Assembly: GCA_049903315.1 (NCBI GenBank)
Contig: JBNGBT010000001.1
Coordinates: 64,001 to 128,000, forward strand
Length of the DNA stretch: 64,000 nt
Direction of reading: 5' to 3'
From: Candidatus Cloacimonadota bacterium
GTDB lineage: Bacteria > Cloacimonadota > Cloacimonadia > JGIOTU-2
The position numbers and the translations under genes were made by a program. How positions within the stretch are numbered: position 1 is the first letter of the stretch; every line of letters begins with the position of its first letter. Shown here one piece after another: positions 9,309 through 19,975 of the stretch. Under the pieces are notes generated by a model. That model did no database searches and was not told the DNA's origin. It was given only the letters and a program-made list of their open reading frames with translations.

Positions 9309-11720
9309 TTATTCGTATTTTATTACTTCTGCAGGATTTGTGTGTGCTGCTCGTATTGTTTGGAAACTCACAGTGAGTAACGATATTATGAGCGTGATCG
9401 CAGCAGTTACAACAAAAGAGAGTATGTCTATATCAATCCTATAAGCGAAATTCTGCAACCATTTGTTCATTACAAACCAGGCAACTGGAAAGGCAATTAT
9501 GTTTGCGACGAGTACCCATCGAGTGAATTGATGAAATAGACTGAAAGTGATCTTGCTAGCACTTGCGCCGAGAACTTTTCGTATGCCAATCTCTCTAAGT
9601 TTTTGTTGGGCGGTAAAAGTAGCCAATCCATACAACCCAAGGCACGCAATGATGATAGCGAGGAAAGAGAAAATTTTAAAGAGCATTCCTGAACGGATTT
9701 CTGCGAGGTGCAGATTGTCAAAATGTTCATCCAAGAAGAAGTACTGGAAGGGTTGATTGACCGCAAGTTCTTCCCAGAGGTTTTTGATCTGGTCCAGGGT
9801 TTGAAGGATCGTTCCAGTTTTTACTCGTACGACCATGAAGTGGTTGTAACGTGTATAGGGTGGCAGCAGTAATACATTGGGTATTTCGCGCTTGAGGGAA
9901 TCAAAATGATAATCCTCTACGATGCCAATAACATTTAAATAATCATTACTACCAGAAAAATACAGCCTTGCTCCGACCGGATTCTCCAGACCGAGATTCC
10001 TTACTGCTGTCTCATTGATCACACAGGATAAAGAATCACCCATGAAATCACGGGAGTAATATCTGCCGGCTTTTAACTCGATGCCCATTGCTTCAAGATA
10101 TTCGTAATCCCCAGCAATTTGGCGGAAATGCACCATCTCCTGCGCGGTACTGCCTTCTTTCTGCATAACACTACCATCGGAGCCAGTGCCTGGAATATGG
10201 CTTGCAATGGATGCAGCAACGACACCGGGAAATTTTGCAACCTCTTCTTTAAAGGTTCCCAGCTTATCCCGTAAACTATATGCCCGTTCAATCACAAAAA
10301 CTTGTTCCTTGTTAAATCCAAGTTTCTTGTTTTGCATATATTTTATTTGATTTGAGATTACGAGGGTACAAATTATGATGATGATCGATATGGCAAACTG
10401 GAAGAGTACTAAACCATTACGCAACCATGATCTTTTTCCCCTTTTATAAATACTTCCTTTGAGTACGGTCACGATCTTAAAAGATGAAATGACCAATGCC
10501 GAATAGATGCCTGCAACTACTCCTACAACAAGAACAATGAGTAGAGATAAAGGGATGATCTCCAAGCGATGGAAATAGTGATTCAAGGGAATGTTCGAGA
10601 GGTGAGAAAAGAATGGAAGCACCATCTGGACAATAATAATCGCAAGGATCATAGAGAATAGACTATAGGTGATAGATTCCAGAAGGAGTTGTCTGAATAT
10701 CTGCCAACGATATGAACCTACAACCTTGCGAAGTCCGATTTCTTTTGCACGGGTTGCAGCCCTGGCTGTGGTAAGGTTCATGAAGTTGATGCATGCGATC
10801 AACAAAATGAAGATGGCAATAATCGTAAAAACGATTACATAGGTCATACTACCCTGAGGACCTAGATCTTCAGTTGCTCTTGGATTCAAATAAATACTTT
10901 TTACAGGATCAAGAAAGAATTCATATCTGTTTCCCGTTTTTCCCCACTCCTCAAAACCCATACCTATATCTTGCAGAACAATAGGTTCTACATGCCGGTT
11001 GCGGAAATCTGTCAGCTTTTTTTCAAATTCTTTCCATTCAGTGCCATCCTTTAGAAGGATATAGGTTGTAAGATTATCACTCAACCAATAACCATGCTGA
11101 AAGCGTTCCACCTCAATTGTGTTTGTGATAAAGTCATATTGCCAATGTGAAGTGGGAGGTGCATCCTCTATCACGCCCACGACTTCATAATCCCAGTATC
11201 CGTCATAACTCAATATTTTTCCGATCGGTGACTCATTTCCGAAGTATTTTCGTGCAATAGATTCGGTGATGAACACAGTGTTGGGACGACTCAAGTTTTC
11301 ATCGGGATTACCTGTGATGACTGGAATGGTGAAAAGATCGAAAATCGTAGAGTCTGCATAATAAACACTATTCTCTGTATGATGAACATCACCTTCGACC
11401 CAGCTGACCAGTTTATTGATGCCTTTATAAAAACGAGCCATATTTACAACTTCCGGATAGTCCTCAACAAGTGCTGGACCCATTAATCCTGAAGATGTTG
11501 TTCCTTTGCCTTCCATGTCACCCATTTTTATATCGAGACTAACCCGATACAGATTTTCATAATGCTCATTATGTTTATCAAAACTTGTCTCATGATGAAC
11601 CCAGAGCATAATAAGAATAAAACATGCCATGCCGATTGCAAGCCCGGCAATATTCAGAAAAGCGTAGATTTTGTGGCGTTTGATATTTCGCCAGGTGAGT
11701 AACAAATACTGTATAAACAT
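9309..11720 (-). CDS. MacB/FtsX-type duplicated ABC permease
   Basis: 803 aa; INFMNLTTARAATRAKEIGLRK; REIGIRKVLGAS; ends VIKYE. Confidence 0.93.
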   Translation of the reverse strand: MFIQYLLLTWRNIKRHKIYAFLNIAGLAIGMACFILIMLWVHHETSFDKHNEHYENLYRVSLDIKMGDMEGKGTTSSGLMGPALVEDYPEVVNMARFYKGINKLVSWVEGDVHHTENSVYYADSTIFDLFTIPVITGNPDENLSRPNTVFITESIARKYFGNESPIGKILSYDGYWDYEVVGVIEDAPPTSHWQYDFITNTIEVERFQHGYWLSDNLTTYILLKDGTEWKEFEKKLTDFRNRHVEPIVLQDIGMGFEEWGKTGNRYEFFLDPVKSIYLNPRATEDLGPQGSMTYVIVFTIIAIFILLIACINFMNLTTARAATRAKEIGLRKVVGSYRWQIFRQLLLESITYSLFSMILAIIIVQMVLPFFSHLSNIPLNHYFHRLEIIPLSLLIVLVVGVVAGIYSALVISSFKIVTVLKGSIYKRGKRSWLRNGLVLFQFAISIIIIICTLVISNQIKYMQNKKLGFNKEQVFVIERAYSLRDKLGTFKEEVAKFPGVVAASIASHIPGTGSDGSVMQKEGSTAQEMVHFRQIAGDYEYLEAMGIELKAGRYYSRDFMGDSLSCVINETAVRNLGLENPVGARLYFSGSNDYLNVIGIVEDYHFDSLKREIPNVLLLPPYTRYNHFMVVRVKTGTILQTLDQIKNLWEELAVNQPFQYFFLDEHFDNLHLAEIRSGMLFKIFSFLAIIIACLGLYGLATFTAQQKLREIGIRKVLGASASKITFSLFHQFTRWVLVANIIAFPVAWFVMNKWLQNFAYRIDIDILSFVVTAAITLIISLLTVSFQTIRAAHTNPAEVIKYE

Positions 11721-11744
11721 TATACCTTCTATATAATTTATTGA

Positions 11745-12899
11745 TCAGATATTCTGAAAATGTTCTTTGACTAATTCAAAAAGATCGAATAATATGTACA
11801 TCGAATTGCCCTCTTCTGTATTATCCATAAACCCAATACAAACCTCATAATCTGGTAAATAGATACAAGCCGCAGCATAGCCAGGGGCATTTCCACTATG
11901 TCCGATTGCATTTAAATCGTTAAATAAATCTGGATTGAATTTTACTGCACCTAGCCCATATCCAGATACCATATACTCTTCACCGGTGCAAGGAGAATGG
12001 AAAGTTAACATCTGATCAAGAGATTGCTGGCTTAGTACGCCTTTATCAAAGAAAAGAGCTCGTGCCCATTTTGCCAAATCCTCGGCAGTAGAAAACACTT
12101 CACCGCCAATTCCACTTTGAAAAGCAGTTCTCGGCCATGAAAAAAAGTCATTATAAAGTCCATCGTTGTCCAAATCATACCATCCATGTGCAATATTTGC
12201 TGGGAGTGGCTCTCCCATTGAGGCAAAAGTATTATTAAGTTCGAACGGGACAAAGAAGCGATTATTATATGCTGTTGCTACATCTAAGCCGGTGATATTT
12301 TCAATAATCATACGAAGTAGAGCGTAACCAGGAATTGAAGAATAATTCCAATCAGTTCCACTGGGGAAAAGCGGCTCCTGATTAAATGCTATTATCATTT
12401 CTGCGGGTGTCCAAACTTGTGAAGGATTCTGAAATATCTCCTCCCAGAAAGCAGGATTATCTACGATATCATAAAGACCGCTGGTATGGTTGAGAAGTTG
12501 CCGGATAGTAATCGTGCTATCAACAAATGGGTATGCTGGCACCCATTCGTGAAGTGAATCATCTAGAGTAATTTCACCTTCTTCTGCAAGCTTAAGAATT
12601 GTTGCGGCGGTGAAATTCTTAACAATGCTTCCAGCACTGAACGACATGTCGGGGGTAATTTCAGTTGTTCCATGTGACACTCCGCTTACACCAGTCCACA
12701 TCTCCCCATCGGGCATGATAATAGCTGAGGAAACCCCTTTTCCAAAATATTTAATAACTCCATCGTCTAGAGCTTTTTGTAACTTTTCATAAAAAGTTAA
12801 CTCGGGTCCAGTAGCGTTTTTATTTGAACATGTGAAAAAGAATAAGACACTAATGATAAGTAAAATTATGGCTAAAGATTGTAGTTTGAAATTATTCAT
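11745..12899 (-). CDS. Serine hydrolase, beta-lactamase/D-Ala-D-Ala peptidase fold, probable lipoprotein
   Basis: SxxK (GSIVK), LLNHTSGL, YSS at the YxN position, GHSG; hydrophobic N-terminus ending FFTC. Confidence 0.85.
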   Translation of the reverse strand: MNNFKLQSLAIILLIISVLFFFTCSNKNATGPELTFYEKLQKALDDGVIKYFGKGVSSAIIMPDGEMWTGVSGVSHGTTEITPDMSFSAGSIVKNFTAATILKLAEEGEITLDDSLHEWVPAYPFVDSTITIRQLLNHTSGLYDIVDNPAFWEEIFQNPSQVWTPAEMIIAFNQEPLFPSGTDWNYSSIPGYALLRMIIENITGLDVATAYNNRFFVPFELNNTFASMGEPLPANIAHGWYDLDNDGLYNDFFSWPRTAFQSGIGGEVFSTAEDLAKWARALFFDKGVLSQQSLDQMLTFHSPCTGEEYMVSGYGLGAVKFNPDLFNDLNAIGHSGNAPGYAAACIYLPDYEVCIGFMDNTEEGNSMYILFDLFELVKEHFQNI

Positions 12900-15210
12900 A
12901 TTTAATGACCTCCGACGGATTAGTATTTGCAGCTTTAAAGGTTTGGAAACCCACTGTTAATAATGAAATGAGTAATGCAATCAATCCCGAAATGATGAAT
13001 ATCCAGAGATCAATCCCTGTTTTATACGCAAAGCCTTCCAGCCATTTTTTCATGATGATATAGGCGATCGGACTTGCAAGAATCGCCGAAAGGAGTACCC
13101 ATTTTAAGAAGTCGCCCGAAAGCAGGATAACGATCTGATGTATGGACGAGCCAAGTACTTTGCGGATACCGATTTCTCTTGTTCTTTGTTCTATCATGAA
13201 TAATGAAAGGCCAAACATGCCCATGCATGACAGGATTATTGCGAGAACAGTAAAATATCCGAATATCTTACCAAAACGAATTTCTGTCCTATAGAGCAAT
13301 GCTAAGTCGTCTTCAAGAAAAGCAATTGAAAATGGCTCAGTTGGGACAAAGTCCCTATAGGTTTTTTCAATAAATTCCAAGGTTTCATCAATGTTATAAG
13401 GAGCTAATTTTACGTTTACAATATGTGTTTCAAGAGGTGAGTTATGAACAACAATCGGTTCGATGCGATATTGTAGTTTTCTGAAAGAAAAGTCTTTCAT
13501 GATGCCTACTATCTCCAAGCCCTGAATAATATCCTGACCAATAGGATCAAGCCCCCCCCAGTCTAATTCTCTTGCTGCTGTTTCGTTTATCAGGATCGCA
13601 TTTGAGTCCGCAATGCTGTGCTTTAAGAAATCTCTTCCACGGACGATCTCAATGCCGTATGTATCAACAAAGTCTTCATCCGCAGTATAAAATTTATATG
13701 TGCCGATATCTGAACCATGCTGAAGTATCACATAGCCCAATTTTGTATAAGTATAGGAAACGGACTTGATATTGCTATTCATCAAAAGTGCATCTTTAAA
13801 CACATCCTGCTTGTCTTTGATTTCTTCTGTTTGGTTGAAATTGACGATCAGGTCTTTATCAAAACCAAGATCCTTGTGAGAAATAAAATTCAGCTGCTTG
13901 TAAATGATGATAGTTCCAATAATAAGGAATATTGCGACGACGAATTGGATGACAGTCAAAGCTTTTCGTATTACAGTACCTTTATTGCCCTTGACCTGTT
14001 CTCTTCGTAAAGCGCTGATGGGAAGTATCGAATTATAGTATATCGCTGGATATAAGCCTGCTAAGATACCTAACAGGAAAACGAAAACAAAGTAGAGTAC
14101 CACATTGATCGGAGTTACAATCGATGAGTGAATTCTAAATAAATTCTTCAATCCGGGAAAGAGTAATGAAATTATTACTAATGCGAGCAATGATGCAATA
14201 AAACAAATGACAACGGACTCACCTAAAAACTGAAACAATATATTGCTTCTTCGCGCTCCGAGTGTTTTTCTCATCCCGATCTCTTTTGCTCTTTTCGTTG
14301 CTTTTGCTGTGGATAGGTTAACAAAATTGATACATACGATAAGGATAATAAATATTCCTGAAGCAAAGAAGATTTTCACTGTTTGTTCATTGCCGTGAAG
14401 ACTATAATCAAATTTACTGTCATCAAAATATACGTCTTTGAGTGGTGAAATAAAAAAGGTTGTAACGCGTTGGTCTTCCTCTATCCAGCTTGTATGTTCG
14501 TCGTTGAGAAAGAAATCTTCCATTTTTGCCATGAACTTGGATTGATTGACATTTTCATTTACAAGCAGATAGGTCACATAGTTGCTGAAATACCACTCCT
14601 GATCATCCCATCCCCAGCTTTGAATAGTGAAATCGAAAGAAATGATGCCATCGTTAAAAACCAGCGAACTCCTTGTAGGTGGATCTTTGATAATAGCTGT
14701 TACTGTAAGACCATATTCGTCTTCAATGTCAATTATCTGCCCGATGGGATCTTCGTCGCCAAATAATTTCTTGCTGAAGGATTCGGATAATACAATTGAG
14801 TTTGGATCAGATAGTGCGGTTTGAAGATTTCCAGAAACAGCTTGAAGAGAGAAGATGTCGAAAATCGAGGGATCTGCTATACAGAATGTGCTGTTAATAG
14901 ACTCATGATTAAGAACTATATATGTTCTTAAGTAAGGATAGAGCCTGGCAGTTGTATCAATTTCCGGGATTTGTTCTTTGAGATATGCAGCAAGAGCAAG
15001 AGGTGTGACACCATATTTATCGTTTACATTTGGACGGTAGATACGTTCGTAATTTTCATTATATTTGTCAGCATTCGTTTCGTAAGATACATAGAATATT
15101 ATCAAAGAAAATACGGCGATTCCAACAGCTAAACCGATAATATTTATCAATGAGAAACTTTTATGCTTCCAGATTGTACGCAATGTCGTCTTAAGATAAT
15201 TTTTTAGCAG
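12892..15210 (-). CDS. MacB/FtsX-type duplicated ABC permease (probable CTG start)
   Basis: GGAGG-TTATT-CTG CTA AAA AAT TAT gives (M)LKNYLKTTLRTIWKHK in frame with the ORF-track protein; ends PSEVIKYE. Confidence 0.9.
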   Translation of the reverse strand: MLKNYLKTTLRTIWKHKSFSLINIIGLAVGIAVFSLIIFYVSYETNADKYNENYERIYRPNVNDKYGVTPLALAAYLKEQIPEIDTTARLYPYLRTYIVLNHESINSTFCIADPSIFDIFSLQAVSGNLQTALSDPNSIVLSESFSKKLFGDEDPIGQIIDIEDEYGLTVTAIIKDPPTRSSLVFNDGIISFDFTIQSWGWDDQEWYFSNYVTYLLVNENVNQSKFMAKMEDFFLNDEHTSWIEEDQRVTTFFISPLKDVYFDDSKFDYSLHGNEQTVKIFFASGIFIILIVCINFVNLSTAKATKRAKEIGMRKTLGARRSNILFQFLGESVVICFIASLLALVIISLLFPGLKNLFRIHSSIVTPINVVLYFVFVFLLGILAGLYPAIYYNSILPISALRREQVKGNKGTVIRKALTVIQFVVAIFLIIGTIIIYKQLNFISHKDLGFDKDLIVNFNQTEEIKDKQDVFKDALLMNSNIKSVSYTYTKLGYVILQHGSDIGTYKFYTADEDFVDTYGIEIVRGRDFLKHSIADSNAILINETAARELDWGGLDPIGQDIIQGLEIVGIMKDFSFRKLQYRIEPIVVHNSPLETHIVNVKLAPYNIDETLEFIEKTYRDFVPTEPFSIAFLEDDLALLYRTEIRFGKIFGYFTVLAIILSCMGMFGLSLFMIEQRTREIGIRKVLGSSIHQIVILLSGDFLKWVLLSAILASPIAYIIMKKWLEGFAYKTGIDLWIFIISGLIALLISLLTVGFQTFKAANTNPSEVIKYE

Positions 15211-15219
15211 AATAACCTC

Positions 15220-17547
15220 CTATTCATATTTCAGCGATTTTACCGGATTTGAATTTGCTGCTTTTATCGTTTTGAAGCTGATCGTAAGAAGAGCAATAAG
15301 CATACTCAAGAATCCAGAGATAATGAAGATGAATGGATTGATAGAAGTACTATATGCAAACCCTTGCAACCATTTGCTCATGAAATACCAGGCAGCAGGC
15401 CAAGCGATAATATTTGCGATAAATATCCATCGAACGAATTGGCGGGAAAGCAACCAGATGATACCGGTTACAGTCGATCCCATTGCTCGTCGGATTCCTA
15501 TTTCGAGTTTTTTCTGCTCTGCAAGAAAAGAGACAAGTCCGAAAAGTCCAAGACATGCAATGAAAATACCAAGTCCTGCAAATACACGGAAAAGTACACC
15601 AGCCCTGACCTCTTCTTTGTAGGTTAAATTGAAGATTTCATCAAGAAATCTGTATTCAAATGGAAAGTCGGGACATACTTCATTCCAAACTCGCTTAACT
15701 GAGCGAATTGCATCTTCTACATTAATATTTGATAGCTTAATAAGTGTAAAATAATAATAATCAGGTATGTTTACTACGATTAACGGTTCGCATTCATACG
15801 TTAGGGGAAGAGAATTGAAATTATTAATAACTCCAATTATTGTCCATCCTTCGTCACCAAATTTCAGCCCGATCGGATCCTCAACCTGCATCATTTCCAA
15901 AGCAGCTTCGTTGATAAGAACCGAATTCTCATCAGTTTTCATATCGTCCGAAAAGCTCCTTCCTTCGAGTAGTTTCAGATCAAGCGTTTCTAGGATATTT
16001 TTATCTGCAGATAAAAAAGCAAAGGCAGAACCTTCATCTGTTTGCTTACCCTCCCAGGTAATACCTCTCATAATGGACCACACTTCTGTGGGAATGCTGG
16101 AAACCCGTGAGATTTGGGAAATTCCTGATATCTGCTCGCATGACTGTTTGAATACATCAAACTTTTCATCCAGGTCTCTGTTCAATCTAAGATAGAGAAG
16201 GTTGTCTTTATTAAAACCAAGATCCTTGTTCTTCATATAATTGAGTTGCGAATAGATTATGCCCGTACCGATGATCAATGTTACAGCAAGAGTGAACTGT
16301 ATCACAACGATAACTGTTCGAAGTGAAAGCCCTTTGACAAATGAGGTCGAGCCGGATTTAAAGATCTTTGCCGGCGCAAAAGAGGAAAGAGCAAAGGCAG
16401 GATAGCTTCCGGCAATAATACCCACTCCGAATAGAATGATCGCATAGAGCTGCAAAATATTTGAATTGAAAACAGAGAATACAATTTTCCTGCCTACGAT
16501 CTGCTCGAAAATCGGAAGGGAAAGCTCTATCAAGAGGAATGATAGAATACATGCAATGAAGGTATAGATGATCGATTCACCAATGAATTGCAAGACGAGT
16601 GAACGTTTTTGTGCACCAGAGATTTTTCGCACACCCACTTCACGTGCACGTTTGGTTGCTTGTGCAGTAGCAAGATTCATAAAGTTTATGCATGCGATGA
16701 TAAGGATCAGCACAGCGATACTGATAAATATATAAATATATTTCTGAGTTGTTGGTTTACCTTCAACAGAGTACAAATGTATATTTCTTAAGGATTGCAA
16801 TCTTGCGCCGGATTGTTCCTCAAGGTTGTCCTTAAAGAGCTGATCAACTTTTGCTTGTAAAGCTTCGATGTCCGTTCCTGGTTTTGTGAGGATAAAGGTC
16901 TGCATCCAGTGTGAGTACCAATTATTATAATCTTCCATATCAGCTGCAGTATCAAGATGAAGTATGAAATTAAATTCATAGTCCGAAAGTAGTGGAATAT
17001 CTTCATACACTGCAGTGACCGGGAGCTCTTCAGAATTGTTCAGGGTAAGTATCTTCCCGATAGGGGATTTATCACCGAAATATTTTTGTGCTGAGGATCG
17101 AGAAATAGCAATAGAATGAACATCTCTGATCGGTTGTATCTTATCTCCATCTATAATACTAATCGTAAAGATATTAAAGATAGAAGGTGATGCTCGGCAC
17201 ACACCTCTCTCACGAAATACTTTATCGTCATATTTAATAATTGCTGAAGATTCATACAAATGTGTCGCATCGATCACTTCCGGATAACCATCCCGAACAG
17301 ATTGTTCAAGGGGATAGGGAGTAGAATAATTAATATTCTCCTCTCCGTTCATCGTGTAAACTTTGTTTATTCTGTAAATATCATCAATATGCTCATTGTG
17401 TGTATTGAAACTCTTCTCTTCCTGAGTGATCACAAATATCATTACTGCACAAGCGATACCGACAGCAAGCCCAATAATATTAATGAAAGAATAAATTTTA
17501 TAGCGTTTAATGTTTCTTAGGGCTGTTTTGAGATAATTTTTAAACAT
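15220..17547 (-). CDS. MacB/FtsX-type duplicated ABC permease
   Basis: 775 aa; INFMNLATAQATKRAREVGVRK; ends SNPVKSLKYE. Confidence 0.93.
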   Translation of the reverse strand: MFKNYLKTALRNIKRYKIYSFINIIGLAVGIACAVMIFVITQEEKSFNTHNEHIDDIYRINKVYTMNGEENINYSTPYPLEQSVRDGYPEVIDATHLYESSAIIKYDDKVFRERGVCRASPSIFNIFTISIIDGDKIQPIRDVHSIAISRSSAQKYFGDKSPIGKILTLNNSEELPVTAVYEDIPLLSDYEFNFILHLDTAADMEDYNNWYSHWMQTFILTKPGTDIEALQAKVDQLFKDNLEEQSGARLQSLRNIHLYSVEGKPTTQKYIYIFISIAVLILIIACINFMNLATAQATKRAREVGVRKISGAQKRSLVLQFIGESIIYTFIACILSFLLIELSLPIFEQIVGRKIVFSVFNSNILQLYAIILFGVGIIAGSYPAFALSSFAPAKIFKSGSTSFVKGLSLRTVIVVIQFTLAVTLIIGTGIIYSQLNYMKNKDLGFNKDNLLYLRLNRDLDEKFDVFKQSCEQISGISQISRVSSIPTEVWSIMRGITWEGKQTDEGSAFAFLSADKNILETLDLKLLEGRSFSDDMKTDENSVLINEAALEMMQVEDPIGLKFGDEGWTIIGVINNFNSLPLTYECEPLIVVNIPDYYYFTLIKLSNINVEDAIRSVKRVWNEVCPDFPFEYRFLDEIFNLTYKEEVRAGVLFRVFAGLGIFIACLGLFGLVSFLAEQKKLEIGIRRAMGSTVTGIIWLLSRQFVRWIFIANIIAWPAAWYFMSKWLQGFAYSTSINPFIFIISGFLSMLIALLTISFKTIKAANSNPVKSLKYE

Positions 17548-17555
17548 GAAGTTCC

Positions 17556-19967
17556 TTATTCATATTTCAATGATTTTACCGGATTTGAATTTGCTGCTTT
17601 TATTGTTTTGAAACTGACCGTCAGGAAAGCGATAGTGAGTGCTATCAATCCCGAAAAGAGAAAAACACCAATATTGATACTCGTTCTATATGCAAAAGTC
17701 TGTAACCATTTATTCATGGCATACCAGGCAATGGGCCATGCAATAAGATTGGCTAAGAAGACCCACTTAAGAAAATCCGATGAAAGCAATCTAACAATTT
17801 GTTCAATCGATGCCCCCAATACTTTTCTCACTCCGACTTCTTTTATACGCTGTTCCGTGGTATACGACGCTAATCCGAACAATCCTAGGCAAGCCACTAA
17901 TATTGAGAGAACAGAAAATAATGCAATTGTTTGCCCTGTTTTGACATCGGTCAGATAGAGTGCATTAAGATCATCATCGAGAAAAGTATATTCAAATGGT
18001 TGATCTTCTGTAAATTTCTTCCATTTAGTCTCAATAAGTTGTAGAGTTTTCCGTACATGTTCAGGTCGAATTTTCAATGATGTGTAACGGACATAACCCT
18101 GGTTGTCTGATAGGAAGCGGATTATCATCGGCTCTATCAAATTATGGAGAGAAGAGAAATTAACATCTTTTACAACACCTACGACGGTTACAAATTCACC
18201 TTCTTTTGCATTGCCAAATCTCTTATAAAATTTTGTTCCAATTGGATTTTCAAGCCCAAGTTTTTGGGCAGCTGTCTCATTAATTATAACTGAATTCTCT
18301 TCGTAATCAAAATCCCTGGAGAAGTATCTTCCTTGTAAAATTTCGAGTCCGAAGAGATCGGCAAAATTATCATCTCCATATGTGGTGAACAAGGTGGTTT
18401 TTTCTGAGATCTGGGTTCCTTCCATCTGATGACTGTTCGGTTCAAAGTGCCTGCCCGGTATGGACTCGGAATTTGAAATATTGAGGATTTCCGGATGCTG
18501 TAAAAGTTCCCGGCGGAAATTTCCGTAATTATCTCCAAGAGAATATCCTCTATGTATCACAAGGATGTTATCTTTATTAAAACCCAGTTCGCTCCTTTGA
18601 ACAAATCTCAATTGATTGTATATAATAACGGTGCATATAATTATAAGGATCGATATTGCGAATTGAAAAATCACCAGTGTATGCCGAAGAGTTAACCCCA
18701 AACGATTTTTTCTTATGAACCTGCCTTTCAATACTTCAATTGGCTTAAATGAGGATATGTAAAATGCTGGATAACTCCCCGAAAGTATCCCTGAAATAAA
18801 AATAAATCCCAGGAGCACTGGTATAATATAGTAATCCCCGAAAAGGTTAAAACTAAGATTTTTCCCGGTAAAATTATTCAAGAATGGAAGTATAAGCTCA
18901 ACGATCACAGTCGCAATACAAACTGAGATTGAGCTAATAACTATAGATTCAATAATAAACTGCTGAATAATTTGCTTTCTAGTCGAACCGATTGTTTTAC
19001 GAAGTCCGACTTCCTTCGAGCGTTTAATATAGAGCGCAGTGGAAAGATTTATATAGTTTATACACGCAATAAGAAAAATAAATAATGCGATACATGAAAA
19101 TACATACACATATGTCGGATTTCCTCTTTTACTTAAATCGTCATTAATTCCTGAACTAAGATGAATATCCTTAAGAGGTTGCAGAAAATAGCCATAGTAA
19201 CTTTTGTCATTTTGAGTTAACTCTTCGTATAACTCCGGATCATGATGCCTTCGTATGAAATCAGGAAACTTTTCTTCCAGTCGAGAGGGCAATATGCCAT
19301 CCTGAAGTACAATATATGTGAAATAGCTTAAACCCCCCCAGCTTGTATTCCAAGCGTTGGCAGTAGTAATGATCGAGGCAATAATATCATATTGAAAATG
19401 AGAATTTGACGGACAGTCCTCGAGGACTGCGGTAATCTCATAATTTCCTTTATAGGTACCGACGACCAGATGTTTCCCGATGGGATTATCATCACCGAAA
19501 TATTTTTTTGCGATACTTTCTGTGATCGCAATTGTAAATGGTCGTGTCAATGCTTTGTCGGGGTCACCTTGTGTGACATTGAGTGAAAAAACATTAAAAA
19601 TACTTGAATCCGCAAAGATGATTCCTTTTTCTAAAAAGCTCTTCTCCTTATAGCTTACCAGTCTGTTACGTGGCCAAAGAGAGATTCTTGCTGCGTATTC
19701 TACTTCAGGAAAATCATCCAGCATTGCCTGCATTAATGGGGGAGGAGAATACGCTCCTTTCAGTTCTTCTGAATCAATTTGACAACAGACTCTATAAATA
19801 TTATCAACCTTTTCATGATACACGTCAAAGCTAAGTTCATCGATCACGAACATCGTTATGAGAGTACAGCAGGCTATGCCTATTGCGAGACCGGTTATGT
19901 TAATAAAAGAGAATGCCTTATGTTTTATTAAATTTCGATAAGTTATTTTAAGATAATTACGGAACAT
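17556..19967 (-). CDS. MacB/FtsX-type duplicated ABC permease
   Basis: 803 aa; INYINLSTA..KRSKEVGLRK; RIKEVGVRKVLGAS; ends SNPVKSLKYE. Confidence 0.93.
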   Translation of the reverse strand: MFRNYLKITYRNLIKHKAFSFINITGLAIGIACCTLITMFVIDELSFDVYHEKVDNIYRVCCQIDSEELKGAYSPPPLMQAMLDDFPEVEYAARISLWPRNRLVSYKEKSFLEKGIIFADSSIFNVFSLNVTQGDPDKALTRPFTIAITESIAKKYFGDDNPIGKHLVVGTYKGNYEITAVLEDCPSNSHFQYDIIASIITTANAWNTSWGGLSYFTYIVLQDGILPSRLEEKFPDFIRRHHDPELYEELTQNDKSYYGYFLQPLKDIHLSSGINDDLSKRGNPTYVYVFSCIALFIFLIACINYINLSTALYIKRSKEVGLRKTIGSTRKQIIQQFIIESIVISSISVCIATVIVELILPFLNNFTGKNLSFNLFGDYYIIPVLLGFIFISGILSGSYPAFYISSFKPIEVLKGRFIRKNRLGLTLRHTLVIFQFAISILIIICTVIIYNQLRFVQRSELGFNKDNILVIHRGYSLGDNYGNFRRELLQHPEILNISNSESIPGRHFEPNSHQMEGTQISEKTTLFTTYGDDNFADLFGLEILQGRYFSRDFDYEENSVIINETAAQKLGLENPIGTKFYKRFGNAKEGEFVTVVGVVKDVNFSSLHNLIEPMIIRFLSDNQGYVRYTSLKIRPEHVRKTLQLIETKWKKFTEDQPFEYTFLDDDLNALYLTDVKTGQTIALFSVLSILVACLGLFGLASYTTEQRIKEVGVRKVLGASIEQIVRLLSSDFLKWVFLANLIAWPIAWYAMNKWLQTFAYRTSINIGVFLFSGLIALTIAFLTVSFKTIKAANSNPVKSLKYE
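17557..17743. repeat. 3'-end homogenised tract, copy 1
   Basis: 175/187 identical by manual count to 19977-20163; first ~55 bp also match 15221 onward. Confidence 0.9.
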
Positions 19968-19975
19968 TAAGCCCT